Source: the human T2T-CHM13v2.0 reference genome, Homo sapiens. Taken from it: a stretch of 64,000 nucleotides of DNA. Position numbers and translations under genes: made by a program. The notes below the pieces were generated by a model. The model saw only the letters and a list, made by a program, of their open reading frames with translations, did not search any database and had not been told where the DNA came from. Where the stretch lies: NCBI RefSeq assembly GCF_009914755.1, contig NC_060946.1; one strand, written 5' to 3'. Below are positions 1-12,800 of this stretch, in pieces; position 1 is the stretch's first letter; every line of letters starts with the position of its first letter.

Positions 1-64
1 TTGAATGCAAACATCACAAAGACATTTCTGAGAATGCTTCTGTCTAGATTTGATATGAAGATAT

Positions 65-81
65 TCCCGTTTCCAACGAAA
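65..81 (-). other. CENP-B box 1 of HOR (repeated in every copy)
   Basis: Plus strand TCCCGTTTCCAACGAAA = minus strand TTTCGTTGGAAACGGGA, matching the consensus YTTCGTTGGAARCGGGA. Confidence 0.97.
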
Positions 82-402
82 TCTTCAAATCTATCCAAAT
101 GTCCACTTGCAGATTCAACAAAAAGTGTTTTTCAGAACTGCTCTATCAAAAGAAAGATCCACCTCTGTTAGCTGAGTTCACACATCACAAACAAGTTTAT
201 GAGAATGCTTCTGTCTAGTTTTTATTTGAAGATATTTCCTTTCTCACCATAGACCTGAAAGCTGTCCTAATGTACACTTCCAGATACTACAGAAAGAGTG
301 TTTCAAAACTGCTGTACGAAAGGGAATGTTCAACTCTGTGACTTGAATGCACACATCACAAAGAAGTTTCTGAGGATGCTGCTGTCTACTTTTTATACGT
401 AA

Positions 403-419
403 TCCCGTTTCCAACGAAA
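403..419 (-). other. CENP-B box 2 of HOR (in the 167-bp monomer)
   Basis: TCCCGTTTCCAACGAAA, 338 bp after box 1 because of the 4-bp shorter segment just before it (TTTTTATACGTAATCCCG versus TTTTATATGAAGATATTCCCG). Confidence 0.97.
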
Positions 420-744
420 TCCTCCAAGCTATCCAAATATCCACTTGCAGATTCCACAGAAAGACTGTTTCAAAACTGCTCTGTCAATAGAAAGGTTCAA
501 CTCTGTTAGCTGCGTGCATATATCCCAAAGAAGATTCTGAGATTGCTTCTGTCTAGTTTTTATGGGAAGATATTTCCCTTTTCACCGTAGGCGTCAAGGC
601 GCTCCAAATGTCCACTTCCAGATACTACAAAAAGAGTGTTTCAAACCTACTCTGTGAAAGCGAATATTCAACTCTGTGACTTGAATGCACATATCACAAA
701 GAAGTTTCTGAGAATGCTTCTGTCGAGATTTTATATGAAGATAT

Positions 745-761
745 TCCCGTTTCCAACGAAA
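745..761 (-). other. CENP-B box 3 of HOR
   Basis: TCCCGTTTCCAACGAAA, 342 bp after box 2. Confidence 0.97.
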
Positions 762-1086
762 TCCTGAAATCTATCCAAATATCCCCTCGCAGATTCTACA
801 AAAAGAGTGTTTCAAAACTGCTCTGTAAAAAGAAAGGTTCAACTCTGTTAGTTGAGTACACACATCACAAACAAGTTTCACAGAATGCTTCTTTCTAGCT
901 TGTAGGGGAAGATATTCCCTTTATCACCATGGGCCTCCAACCGTCCGAAACGTCCACTTCCATATACTACAAAAAGAGCGTTTCAAACCTGCTCTAGGAA
1001 AGGCAATGTTCAACTCTGTGACTTGAATGCAGACATCACAGAGCAGTTTCTGAGAATGCTTCTGTCTAGATTTTATAGGAAGATAT

Positions 1087-1103
1087 TCCCGTTTCCAACG
1101 AAA
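1087..1103 (-). other. CENP-B box 4 of HOR
   Basis: TCCCGTTTCCAACGAAA, 342 bp after box 3. The intervening monomers have A-type sequence (e.g. TTCCTTTCTCACCATAG, TTCCCTTTTCACCGTAG) at the same position, giving a strict A/B dimeric alternation. Confidence 0.97.
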
Positions 1104-1364
1104 TCTTCACAGCTATCCAAATATCCACTTGCAGATTCTACAAAAAGAGTGTATCAAAACTGCTCTGTCAAAAGGAAGGTTCTTCTCTGTTAGGTGAGTG
1201 CATACGTCATAAAGGAGTTTCTGAGAATGTTTCTGTCTAGTGGTTATGGGAAGATATTTGCTTTTTCACCGTAGGCCTCAGAGCGCTCCAAATATCCACT
1301 TGCACATACTACAAAAAGAGTGCCTCAAAGCTGCTCTCTGAAACGGAATGTTCAACTCTATGAG

Positions 1365-4300
1365 TTGAATGCAAACATCACAAAGACGTTTCTGAGAATG
1401 CTTCTGTCTAGATTTGATATGAAGATATTCCCGTTTCCAACGAAATCTTCAAATCTATCCAAATGTCCACTTGCATAATCAACAAAAAGTGTTTTTCAGA
1501 ACTGCTCTATCAAAAGAAAGATCCACCTCTGTTAGCTGAGTTCACACATCACAAACAAGTTTATGAGAATGCTTCTGTCTAGTTTTTATTTGAAGATATT
1601 TCCTTTCTCACCATAGACCTGAAAGCTGTCCTAATGTTCACTTCCAGATACTACAGAAAGAGTGTTTCAAAACTGCTGTACGAAAGGGAATGTTCAACTC
1701 TGTGACTTGAATGCAGACATCACAAAGAAGTTTCTGAGGATGCTGCTGTCTACTTTTTATACGTAATCCCGTTTCCAACGAAATCCTCCAAGCTATCCAA
1801 ATATCCACTTGCAGATTCCACAGAAAGACTGTTTCAAAACTGCTCTGTCAATAGAAAGGTTCAACTCTGTTAGCTGCGTGCATATATCCCAAAGAAGATT
1901 CTGAGATTGCTTCTGTCTAGTTTTTATGGGAAGATATTTCCCTTTTCACCGTAGGCGTCAAGGCGCTCCAAATGTCCACTTCCAGATACTACAAAAAGAG
2001 TGTTTCAAACCTACTCTGTGAAAGGGAATATTCAACTCTGTGACTTGAATGCACATATCACAAAGAAGTTTCTGAGAATGCTTCTGTCGAGATTTTATAT
2101 GAAGATATTCCCGTTTCCAACGAAATCCTGAAATCTATCCAAATATCCCCTTGCAGATTCTACAAAAAGAGTGTTTCAAAACTGCTCTGTAAAAAGAAAG
2201 GTTCAACTCTGTTACTTGAGTACACACATCACAAACAAGTTTCACAGAATGCTTCTTTCTAGCTTGTAGGGGAAGATATTCCCTTTATCACCATGGTCCT
2301 CAAACCGTCCGAAACGTCCACTTCCATATACTACAAAAAGAGCGTTTCAAACCTGCTCTAGGAAAGGCAATGTTCAACTCTGTGACTTGAATGCAGACAT
2401 CACAGAGCAGTTTCTGAGAATGCTTCTGTCTAGATTTTATAGGAAGATATTCCCGTTTCCAACGAAATCTTCACAGCTATCCAAGTATCCACTTGCAGAT
2501 TCTACAAAAAGAGTGTATCAAAACTGCTCTGTCAAAAGGAAGGTTCTTCTCTGTTAGGTGAGTGCATACGTCATAAAGGAGTTTCTGAGAATGTTTCTGT
2601 CTTGTGGTTATGGGAAGATATTTGCTTTTTCACCGTAGGCCTCAGAGCGCTCCAAATATCCACTTGCACATACTACAAAAAGAGTGCCTCAAAGCTGCTC
2701 TCTGAAACGGAATGTTCAACTCTATGAGTTGAATGCAAACATCACAAAGACGTTTCTGAGAATGCTTCTGTCTAGATTTGATATGAAGATATTCCCGTTT
2801 CCAACGAAATCTTCAAATCTATCCAAATGTCCACTTGCATAATCAACAAAAAGTGTTTTTCAGAACTGCTCTATCAAAAGAAAGATCCACTTCTGTTAGC
2901 TGAGTTCACACATCACAAACAAGTTTATGAGAATGCTTCTGTCTAGTTTTTATTTGAAGATATTTCCTTTCTCACCATAGACCTGAAAGCTGTCCTAATG
3001 TTCACTTCCAGATACTACAGAAAGAGTGTTTCAAAACTGCTGTATGAAAGGGAATGTTCAACTCTGTGACTTGAATGCACACATCACAAAGAAGTTTCTG
3101 AGGATGCTGCTGTCTACTTTTTATATGTAATCCCGTTTCCAATGAAATCCTCCAAGCTATCCAAATATCCACTTGCAGATTCCACAGAAAGACTGTTTCA
3201 AAACTGCTCTGTCAATAGAAAGGTACAACTCTGTTAGCTGCGTGCATATATCCCAAAGAAGATTCTGAGATTGCTTCTGTCTAGTTTTTATGGGAAGATA
3301 TTTCCCTTTTCACCGTAGGCGTCAAGGCGCTCCAAATGTCCACTTCCAGATACTACAAAAAGAGTGTTTCAAACCTACTCTGTGAAAGGGAATATTCAAC
3401 TCTGTGACTTGAATGCACATATCACAAAGAAGTTTCTGATAATGCTTCTGTCGAGATTTTATATGAATATATTCCCGTTTCCAACGAAATCCTGAAATCT
3501 ATCCAAATATCCCCTCGCAGATTCTACAAAAAGAGAGTTTCAAAACTGCTCTTTAAAAAGAAAGGTTCAACTCTGTTAGTTGAGTACACACATCACAAAC
3601 AAGTTTCACAGAATGCTTCTTTCTAGCTTGTAGGGGAAGATATTCCCTTTATCACCATGGGCCTCCAACCGTCCGAAACATCCACTTCCATATACTACAA
3701 AAAGAGCGTTTCAAACCTGCTCTATGAAAGGCAATGTTCAACTCTGTGACTTGAAAGCAGACATCACAGAGCAGTTTCTGAGAATGCTTTTGTCTAGATT
3801 TTATAGGAAGATATTCCCGTTTCCAACGAAATCTTCACAGCTATCCAAATATCCACTTGCAGATTCTACAAAAAGAGTGTATCAAAACTGCTCTGTCAAA
3901 AGGAAGGTTCTTCTCTGTTAGGTGAGTGCATACGTCATAAAGGAGTTTCTGAGAATGTTTCTGTCTAGTGGTTATGGGAAGATATTTGCTTTTTCACCGT
4001 AGGCCTCAGAGCGCTCCAAATATCCACTTGCACATACTACAAAAAGAGTGCCTCAAAGCTGCTCTCTGAAACGGAATGTTCAACTCTATGAGTTGAATGC
4101 AAACATCACAAAGACGTTTCTGAGAATGCTTCTGTCTAGATTTGATATGAAGATATTCCCGTTTCCAACGAAATCTTCAAATCTATCCAAATGTCCACTT
4201 GCATAATCAACAAAAAGTGTTTTTCAGAACTGCTCTATCAAAAGAAAGATCCACCTCTGTTAGCTGAGTTCACACATCACAAACAAGTTTATGAGAATGC

Positions 4301-6820
4301 TTCTGTCTAGTTTTTATTTGAAGATATTTCCTTTCTCACCATAGACCTGAAAGCTGTCCTAATGTTCACTTCCAGATACTACAGAAAGAGTGTTTCAAAA
4401 CTGCTGTACGAAAGGGAATGTTCAACTCTGTGACTTGAATGCACACATCACAAAGAAGTTTCTGAGGATGCTGCTGTCTACTTTTTATACGTAATCCCGT
4501 TTCCAACGAAATCCTCCAAGCTATCCAAATATCCACTTGCAGATTCCACAGAAAGACTGTTTCAAAACTGCTCTGTCAATAGAAAGGTTCAACTCTGTTA
4601 GCTGCGTGCATATATCCCAAAGAAGATTCTGAGATTGCTTCTGTCTAGTTTTTATGGGAAGATATTTCCCTTTTCACCGTAGGCGTCAAGGCGCTCCAAA
4701 TGTCCACTTCCAGATACTACAAAAAGAGTGTTTCAAACCTACTCTGTGAAAGGGAATATTCAACTCTGTGACTTGAATGCACATATCACAAAGAAGTTTC
4801 TGAGAATGCTTCTGTCGAGATTTTATATGAAGATATTCCCGTTTCCAACGAAATCCTGAAATCTATCCAAATATCCCCTTGCAGATTCTACAAAAAGAGT
4901 GTTTCAAAACTGCTCTGTAAAAAGAAAGGTTCAACTCTGTTACTTGAGTACACACATCACAAACAAGTTTCACAGAATGCTTCTTTCTAGCTTGTAGGGG
5001 AAGATATTCCCTTTATCACCATGGTCCTCAAACCGTCCGAAACGTCCACTTCCATATACTACAAAAAGAGCGTTTCAAACCTGCTCTAGGAAAGGCAATG
5101 TTCAACTCTGTGACTTGAATGCAGACATCACAGAGCAGTTTCTGAGAATGCTTCTGTCTAGATTTTATAGGAAGATATTCCCGTTTCCAACGAAATCTTC
5201 ACAGCTATCCAAGTATCCACTTGCAGATTCTACAAAAAGAGTGTATCAAAACTGCTCTGTCAAAAGGAAGGTTCTTCTCTGTTAGGTGAGTGCATACGTC
5301 ATAAAGGAGTTTCTGAGAATGTTTCTGTCTTGTGGTTATGGGAAGATATTTGCTTTTTCACCGTAGGCCTCAGAGCGCTCCAAATATCCACTTGCACATA
5401 CTACAAAAAGAGTGCCTCAAAGCTGCTCTCTGAAACGGAATGTTCAACTCTATGAGTTGAATGCAAACATCACAAAGACGTTTCTGAGAATGCTTCTGTC
5501 TAGATTTGATATGAAGATATTCCCGTTTCCAACGAAATCTTCAAATCTATCCAAATGTCCACTTGCATAATCAACAAAAAGTGTTTTTCAGAACTGCTCT
5601 ATCAAAAGAAAGATCCACCTCTGTTAGCTGAGTTCACACATCACAAACAAGTTTATGAGAATGCTTCTGTCTAGTTTTTATTTGAAGATATTTCCTTTCT
5701 CACCATAGACCTGAAAGCTGTCCTAATGTTCACTTCCAGATACTACAGAAAGAGTGTTTCAAAACTGCTGTATGAAAGGGAATGTTCAACTCTGTGACTT
5801 GAATGCACACATCACAAAGAAGTTTCTGAGGATGCTGCTGTCTACTTTTTATATGTAATCCCGTTTCCAATGAAATCCTCCAAGCTATCCAAATATCCAC
5901 TTGCAGATTCCACAGAAAGACTGTTTCAAAACTGCTCTGTCAATAGAAAGGTACAACTCTGTTAGCTGCGTGCATATATCCCAAAGAAGATTCTGAGATT
6001 GCTTCTGTCTAGTTTTTATGGGAAGATATTTCCCTTTTCACCGTAGGCGTCAAGGCGCTCCAAATGTCCACTTCCAGATACTACAAAAAGAGTGTTTCAA
6101 ACCTACTCTGTGAAAGGGAATATTCAACTCTGTGACTTGAATGCACATATCACAAAGAAGTTTCTGATAATGCTTCTGTCGAGATTTTATATGAAGATAT
6201 TCCCGTTTCCAACGAAATCCTGAAATCTATCCAAATATCCCCTCGCAGATTCTACAAAAAGAGAGTTTCAAAACTGCTCTTTAAAAAGAAAGGTTCAACT
6301 CTGTTAGTTGAGTACACACATCACAAACAAGTTTCACAGAATGCTTCTTTCTAGCTTGTAGGGGAAGATATTCCCTTTATCACCATGGGCCTCCAACCGT
6401 CCGAAACATCCACTTCCATATACTACAAAAAGAGCGTTTCAAACCTGCTCTATGAAAGGCAATGTTCAACTCTGTGACTTGAAAGCAGACATCACAGAGC
6501 AGTTTCTGAGAATGCTTCTGTCTAGATTTTATAGGAAGATATTCCCGTTTCCAACGAAATCTTCACAGCTATCCAAATATCCACTTGCAGATTCTACAAA
6601 AAGAGTGTATCAAAACTGCTCTGTCAAAAGGAAGGTTCTTCTCTGTTAGGTGAGTGCATACGTCATAAAGGAGTTTCTGAGAATGTTTCTGTCTAGTGGT
6701 TATGGGAAGATATTTGCTTTTTCACCGTAGGCCTCAGAGCGCTCCAAATATCCACTTGCACATACTACAAAAAGAGTGCCTCAAAGCTGCTCTCTGAAAC
6801 GGAATGTTCAACTCTATGAG
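1365..6820. repeat. Tandem duplication of a 2-HOR block (period 2728 bp)
   Basis: Rare variants recur at +2728: CCAAGTATCC 2485/5213, GTCTTGTGG ~2603/5331, CCAATGAAA 3143/5871, plus AGGTACAACT, AGAGAGTTT and CTCTTTAAAA. Confidence 0.9.
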
Positions 6821-9800
6821 TTGAATGCAAACATCACAAAGACGTTTCTGAGAATGCTTCTGTCTAGATTTGATATGAAGATATTCCCCTTTCCAACGAA
6901 ATCTTCAAATCTATCCAAATGTCCACTTGCAGATTCAACAAAAAGTGTTTTTCAGAACTGCTCTATCAAAAGAAAGATCCACCTCTGTTAGCTGAGTTCA
7001 CACATCACAAACAAGTTTATGAGAATGCTTCTGTCTAGTTTTTATTTGAAGATATTTCCTTTCTCACCATAGACCTGAAAGCTGTCCTAATGTTCACTTC
7101 CAGATACTACAGAAAGAGTGTTTCAAAACTGCTGTACGAAAGGGAATGTTCAACTCTGTGACTTGAATGCACACATCACAAAGAAGTTTCTGAGGATGCT
7201 GCTGTCTACTTTTTATACGTAATCCCGTTTCCAACGAAATCCTCCAAGCTATCCAAATATCCACTTGCAGATTCCACAGAAAGACTGTTTCAAAACTGCT
7301 CTGTCAATAGAAAGGTTCAACTCTGTTAGCTGCGTGCATATATCCCAAAGAAGATTCTGAGATTGCTTCTGTCTAGTTTTTATGGGAAGATATTTCCCTT
7401 TTCACCGTAGGCGTCAAGGCGCTCCAAATGTCCACTTCCAGATACTACAAAAAGAGTGTTTCAAACCTACTCTGTGAAAGCGAATATTCAACTCTGTGAC
7501 TTGAATGCACATATCACAAAGAAGTTTCTGAGAATGCTTCTGTCGACATTTTATATGAAGATATTCCCGTTTCCAACGAAATCCTGAAATCTATCCAAAT
7601 ATCCCCTCGCAGATTCTACAAAAAGAGTGTTTCAAAACTGCTCTGTAAAAAGAAAGGTTCAACTCTGTTAGTTGAGTACACACATCACAAACAAGTTTCA
7701 CAGAATGCTTCTTTCTAGCTTGTAGGGGAAGATATTCCCTTTATCACCATGGGCCTCCAACCGTCCGAAACGTCCACTTCCATATACTACAAAAAGAGCG
7801 TTTCAAACCTGCTCTAGGAAAGGCAATGTTCAACTCTGTGACTTGAATGCAGACATCACAGAGCAGTTTCTGAGAATGCTTCTGTCTAGATTTTATAGGA
7901 AGATATTCCCGTTTCCAACGAAATCTTCACAGCTATCCAAATATCCACTTGCAGATTCTACAAAAAGAGTGTATCAAAACTGCTCTGTCAAAAGGAAGGT
8001 TCTTCTCTGTTAGGTGAGTGCATACGTCATAAAGGAGTTTCTGAGAATGTTTCTGTCTAGTGGTTATGGGAAGATATTTGCTTTTTCACCGTAGGCCTCA
8101 GAGCGCTCCAAATATCCACTTGCACATACTACAAAAAGAGTGCCTCAAAGCTGCTCTTTGAAACGGAATGTTCAACTCTATGAGTTGAATGCAAACATCA
8201 CAAAGACGTTTCTGAGAATGCTTCTGTCTAGATTTGATATGAAGATATTCCCCTTTCCAACGAAATCTTCAAATCTATCCAAATGTCCACTTGCAGATTC
8301 AACAAAAAGTGTTTTTCAGAACTGCTCTATCAAAAGAAAGATCCACCTCTGTTAGCTGAGTTCACACATCACAAACAAGTTTATGAGAATGCTTCTGTCT
8401 AGTTTTTATTTGAAGATATTTCCTTTCTCACCATAGACCTGAAAGCTGTCCTAATGTTCACTTCCAGATACTACAGAAAGAGTGTTTCAAAACTGCTGTA
8501 CGAAAGGGAATGTTCAACTCTGTGACTTGAATGCACACATCACAAAGAAGTTTCTGAGGATGCTGCTGTCTACTTTTTATACGTAATCCCGTTTCCAACG
8601 AAATCCTCCAAGCTATCCAAATATCCACTTGCAGATTCCACAGAAAGACTGTTTCAAAACTGCTCTGTCAATAGAAAGGTTCAACTCTGTTAGCTGCGTG
8701 CATATATCCCAAAGAAGATTCTGAGATTGCTTCTGTCTAGTTTTTATGGGAAGATATTTCCCTTTTCACCGTAGGCGTCAAGGCGCTCCAAATGTCCACT
8801 TCCAGATACTACAAAAAGAGTGTTTCAAACCTACTCTGTGAAAGCGAATATTCAACTCTGTGACTTGAATGCACATATCACAAAGAAGTTTCTGAGAATG
8901 CTTCTGTCGAGATTTTATATGAAGATATTCCCGTTTCCAACGAAATCCTGAAATCTATCCAAATATCCCCTCGCAGATTCTACAAAAAGAGTGTTTCAAA
9001 ACTGCTCTGTAAAAAGAAAGGTTCAACTCTGTTAGTTGAGTACACACATCACAAACAAGTTTCACAGAATGCTTCTTTCTAGCTTGTAGGGGAAGATATT
9101 CCCTTTATCACCATGGGCCTCCAACCGTCCGAAACGTCCACTTCCATATACTACAAAAAGAGCGTTTCAAACCTGCTCTAGGAAAGGCAATGTTCAACTC
9201 TGTGACTTGAATGCAGACATCACAGAGCAGTTTCTGAGAATGCTTCTGTCTAGATTTTATAGGAAGATATTCCCGTTTCCAACGAAATCTTCACAGCTAT
9301 CCAAATATCCACTTGCAGATTCTACAAAAAGAGTGTATCAAAACTGCTCTGTCAAAAGGAAGGTTCTTCTCTGTTAGGTGAGTGCATACGTCATAAAGGA
9401 GTTTCTGAGAATGTTTCTGTCTAGTGGTTATGGGAAGATATTTGCTTTTTCACCGTAGGCCTCAGAGCGCTCCAAATATCCACTTGCACATACTACAAAA
9501 AGAGTGCCTCAAAGCTGCTCTTTGAAACGGAATGTTCAACTCTATGAGTTGAATGCAAACATCACAAAGACGTTTCTGAGAATGCTTCTGTCTAGATTTG
9601 ATATGAAGATATTCCCCTTTCCAACGAAATCTTCAAATCTATCCAAATGTCCACTTGCAGATTCAACAAAAAGTGTTTTTCAGAACTGCTCTATCAAAAG
9701 AAAGATCCACCTCTGTTAGCTGAGTTCACACATCACAAACAAGTTTATGAGAATGCTTCTGTCTAGTTTTTATTTGAAGATATTTCCTTTCTCACCATAG

Positions 9801-12800
9801 ACCTGAAAGCTGTCCTAATGTTCACTTCCAGATACTACAGAAAGAGTGTTTCAAAACTGCTGTACGAAAGGGAATGTTCAACTCTGTGACTTGAATGCAC
9901 ACATCACAAAGAAGTTTCTGAGGATGCTGCTGTCTACTTTTTATACGTAATCCCGTTTCCAACGAAATCCTCCAAGCTATCCAAATATCCACTTGCAGAT
10001 TCCACAGAAAGACTGTTTCAAAACTGCTCTGTCAATAGAAAGGTTCAACTCTGTTAGCTGCGTGCATATATCCCAAAGAAGATTCTGAGATTGCTTCTGT
10101 CTAGTTTTTATGGGAAGATATTTCCCTTTTCACCGTAGGCGTCAAGGCGCTCCAAATGTCCACTTCCAGATACTACAAAAAGAGTGTTTCAAACCTACTC
10201 TGTTAAAGCGAATATTCAACTCTGTGACTTTAATGCACATATCACAAAGAAGTTTCTGAGAATGCTTCTGTCGAGATTTTATATGAAGATATTCCCGTTT
10301 CCAACGAAATCCTGAAATCTATCCAAATATCCCCTCGCAGATTCTACAAACAGAGTGTTTCAAAACTGCTCTGTAAAAAGAAAGGTTCAACTCTGTTAGT
10401 TGAGTACACACATCACAAACAAGTTTCACAGAATGCTTCTTTCTAGCTTGTAGGGGAAGATATTCCCTTTATCACCATGGGCCTCCAACCGTCCGAAACG
10501 TCCACTTCCATATACTACAAAAAGAGCGTTTCAAACCTGCTCTAGGAAAGGCAATGTTCAACTCTGTGACTTGAATGCAGACATCACAGAGCAGTTTCTG
10601 AGAATGCTTCTGTCTAGATTTTATAGGAAGATATTCCCGTTTCCAACGAAATCTTCACAGCTATCCAAATATCCACTTGCAGATTCTACAAAAAGAGTGT
10701 ATCAAAAATGCTCTGTCAAAAGGAAGGTTCTTCTCTGTTAGGTGAGTGCATACGTCATAAAGGAGTTTCTGAGAATGTTTCTGTCTAGTGGTTATGGGAA
10801 GATATTTGCTTTTTCACCGTAGGCCTCAGAGCGCTCCAAATATCCACTTGCACATACTACAAAAAGAGTGCCTCAAAGCTGCTCTCTGAAACGGAATGTT
10901 CAACTCTATGAGTTGAATGCAAACATCACAAAGACGTTTCTGAGAATGCTTCTGTCTAGATTTGATATGAAGATATTCCCGTTTCCAACGAAATCTTCAA
11001 ATCTATCCAAATGTCCACTTGCATAATCAACAAAAAGTGTTTTTCAGAACTGCTCTATCAAAAGAAAGATCCACCTCTGTTAGCTGAGTTCACACATCAC
11101 AAACAAGTTTATGAGAATGCTTCTGTCTAGTTTTTATTTGAAGATATTTCCTTTCTCACCATAGACCTGAAAGCTGTCCTAATGTTCACTTCCAGATACT
11201 ACAGAAAGAGTGTTTCAAAACTGCTGTACGAAAGGGAATGTTCAACTCTGTGACTTGAATGCACACATCACAAAGAAGTTTCTGAGGATGCTGCTGTCTA
11301 ATTTTATACGTAATCCCGTTTCCAACGAAATCCTCCAAGCTATCCAAATATCCACTTGCAGATTCCACAGAAAGACTGTTTCAAAACTGCTCTGTCAATA
11401 GAAAGGTTCAACTCTGTTAGCTGCGTGCATATATCCCAAAGAAGATTCTGAGATTGCTTCTGTCTAGTTTTTATGGGAAGATATTTCCCTTTTCACCGTA
11501 GGCGTCAAGGCGCTCCAAATGTCCACTTCCAGATACTACAAAAAGAGTGTTTCAAACCTACTCTGTGAAAGCGAATATTCAACTCTGTGACTTGAATGCA
11601 CATATCACAAAGAAGTTTCTGAGAATGCTTCTGTCGAGATTTTATATGAAGATATTCCCGTTTCCAACGAAATCCTGAAATCTATCCAAATATCCCCTCG
11701 CAGATTCTACAAAAAGAGTGTTTCAAAACTGCTCTGTAAAAAGAAAGGTTCAACTCTGTTAGTTGAGTACACACATCACAAACAAGTTTCACAGAATGCT
11801 TCTTTCTAGCTTGTAGGGGAAGATATTCCCTTTATCACCATGGGCCTCCAACCGTCCGAAACGTCCACTTCCATATACTACAAAAAGAGCGTTTCAAACC
11901 TGCTCTAGGAAAGGCAATGTTCAACTCTGTGACTTGAATGCAGACATCACAGAGCAGTTTCTGAGAATGCTTCTGTCTAGATTTTATAGGAATATATTCC
12001 CGTTTCCAACGAAATCTTCACAGCTATCCAAATATCCACTTGCAGATTCTACAAAAAGAGTGTATCAAAACTGCTCTGTCAAAAGGAAGGTTCTTCTCTG
12101 TTAGGTGAGTGCATACGTCATAAAGGAGTTTCTGAGAATGTTTCTGTCTAGTGGTTATGGGAAGATATTTGCTTTTTCCCCGTAGACCTCAGAGCGCTCC
12201 AAATGTCCACTTGCACATGCTACAAAAAGAGTGCTTCAAAGCTGCTCTCTGAAAGGGAATGTTCAACTCTATGAGTTGAATGTAAACATCACAAAGACGT
12301 TTCTGAGAATGCTTCTGTCTAGATTTGATATGAAGATATTCCCGTTTCCAACGAAATCTTCAAATCTATCCAAATGTCCACTTGCAGATTCAACAAAAAG
12401 TGTTTTTCAAAACTGCTCTATCAAAAGAAAGATCCACGTCTGTTAGCTGAGTTCACACATCACAAACAAGTTTATGAGAATGCTTCTGTCTAGTTTTTAT
12501 TTGAAGATATTTCCTTTCTCACCGTAGACCTGAAAGCTGTCCTAATGTTCACTTCCAGATACCACAGAAAGAGTGTTTAAAAACTGCTGTACGAAAGGGA
12601 ATGTTCAACTCTGTGACTTGAATGCACACATCACAAAGAAGGTTCTGAGGATGCTGCTGTCTACTTTTTATACGTAATCCCGTTTCCAACGAAATCCTCC
12701 AAGCTATCCAAATATCCACTTGCAGATTCCACAGAAAGACTGTTTCAAAACTGCTCTGTCAATAGAAAGGTTCAACTCTGTTAGCTGCGTGCATATATCC

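Larger units (their letters stand above)
1..1364 (-). repeat. One HOR unit (arbitrary phase): 8 monomers; likely human chr14/22 alphaXT HOR (D14Z9/D22Z1, SF2)
   Basis: Homologous monomer anchors at 43, 214, 385, 552, 723, 894, 1065, 1236 and 1407 give lengths 171, 171, 167, 171, 171, 171, 171, 171 = 1364. XbaI TCTAGA at 43 and TaqI TCGA at 723 are exactly 680 bp apart, matching the alphaXT(680) subfamily shared by chr14 and chr22. The family assignment is from recalled knowledge, not a database search. Confidence 0.85.

Noticed and set aside
7542-7547. Singleton GTCGAC (SalI) site
   Set aside because: It is a single private substitution, useful only as a marker.
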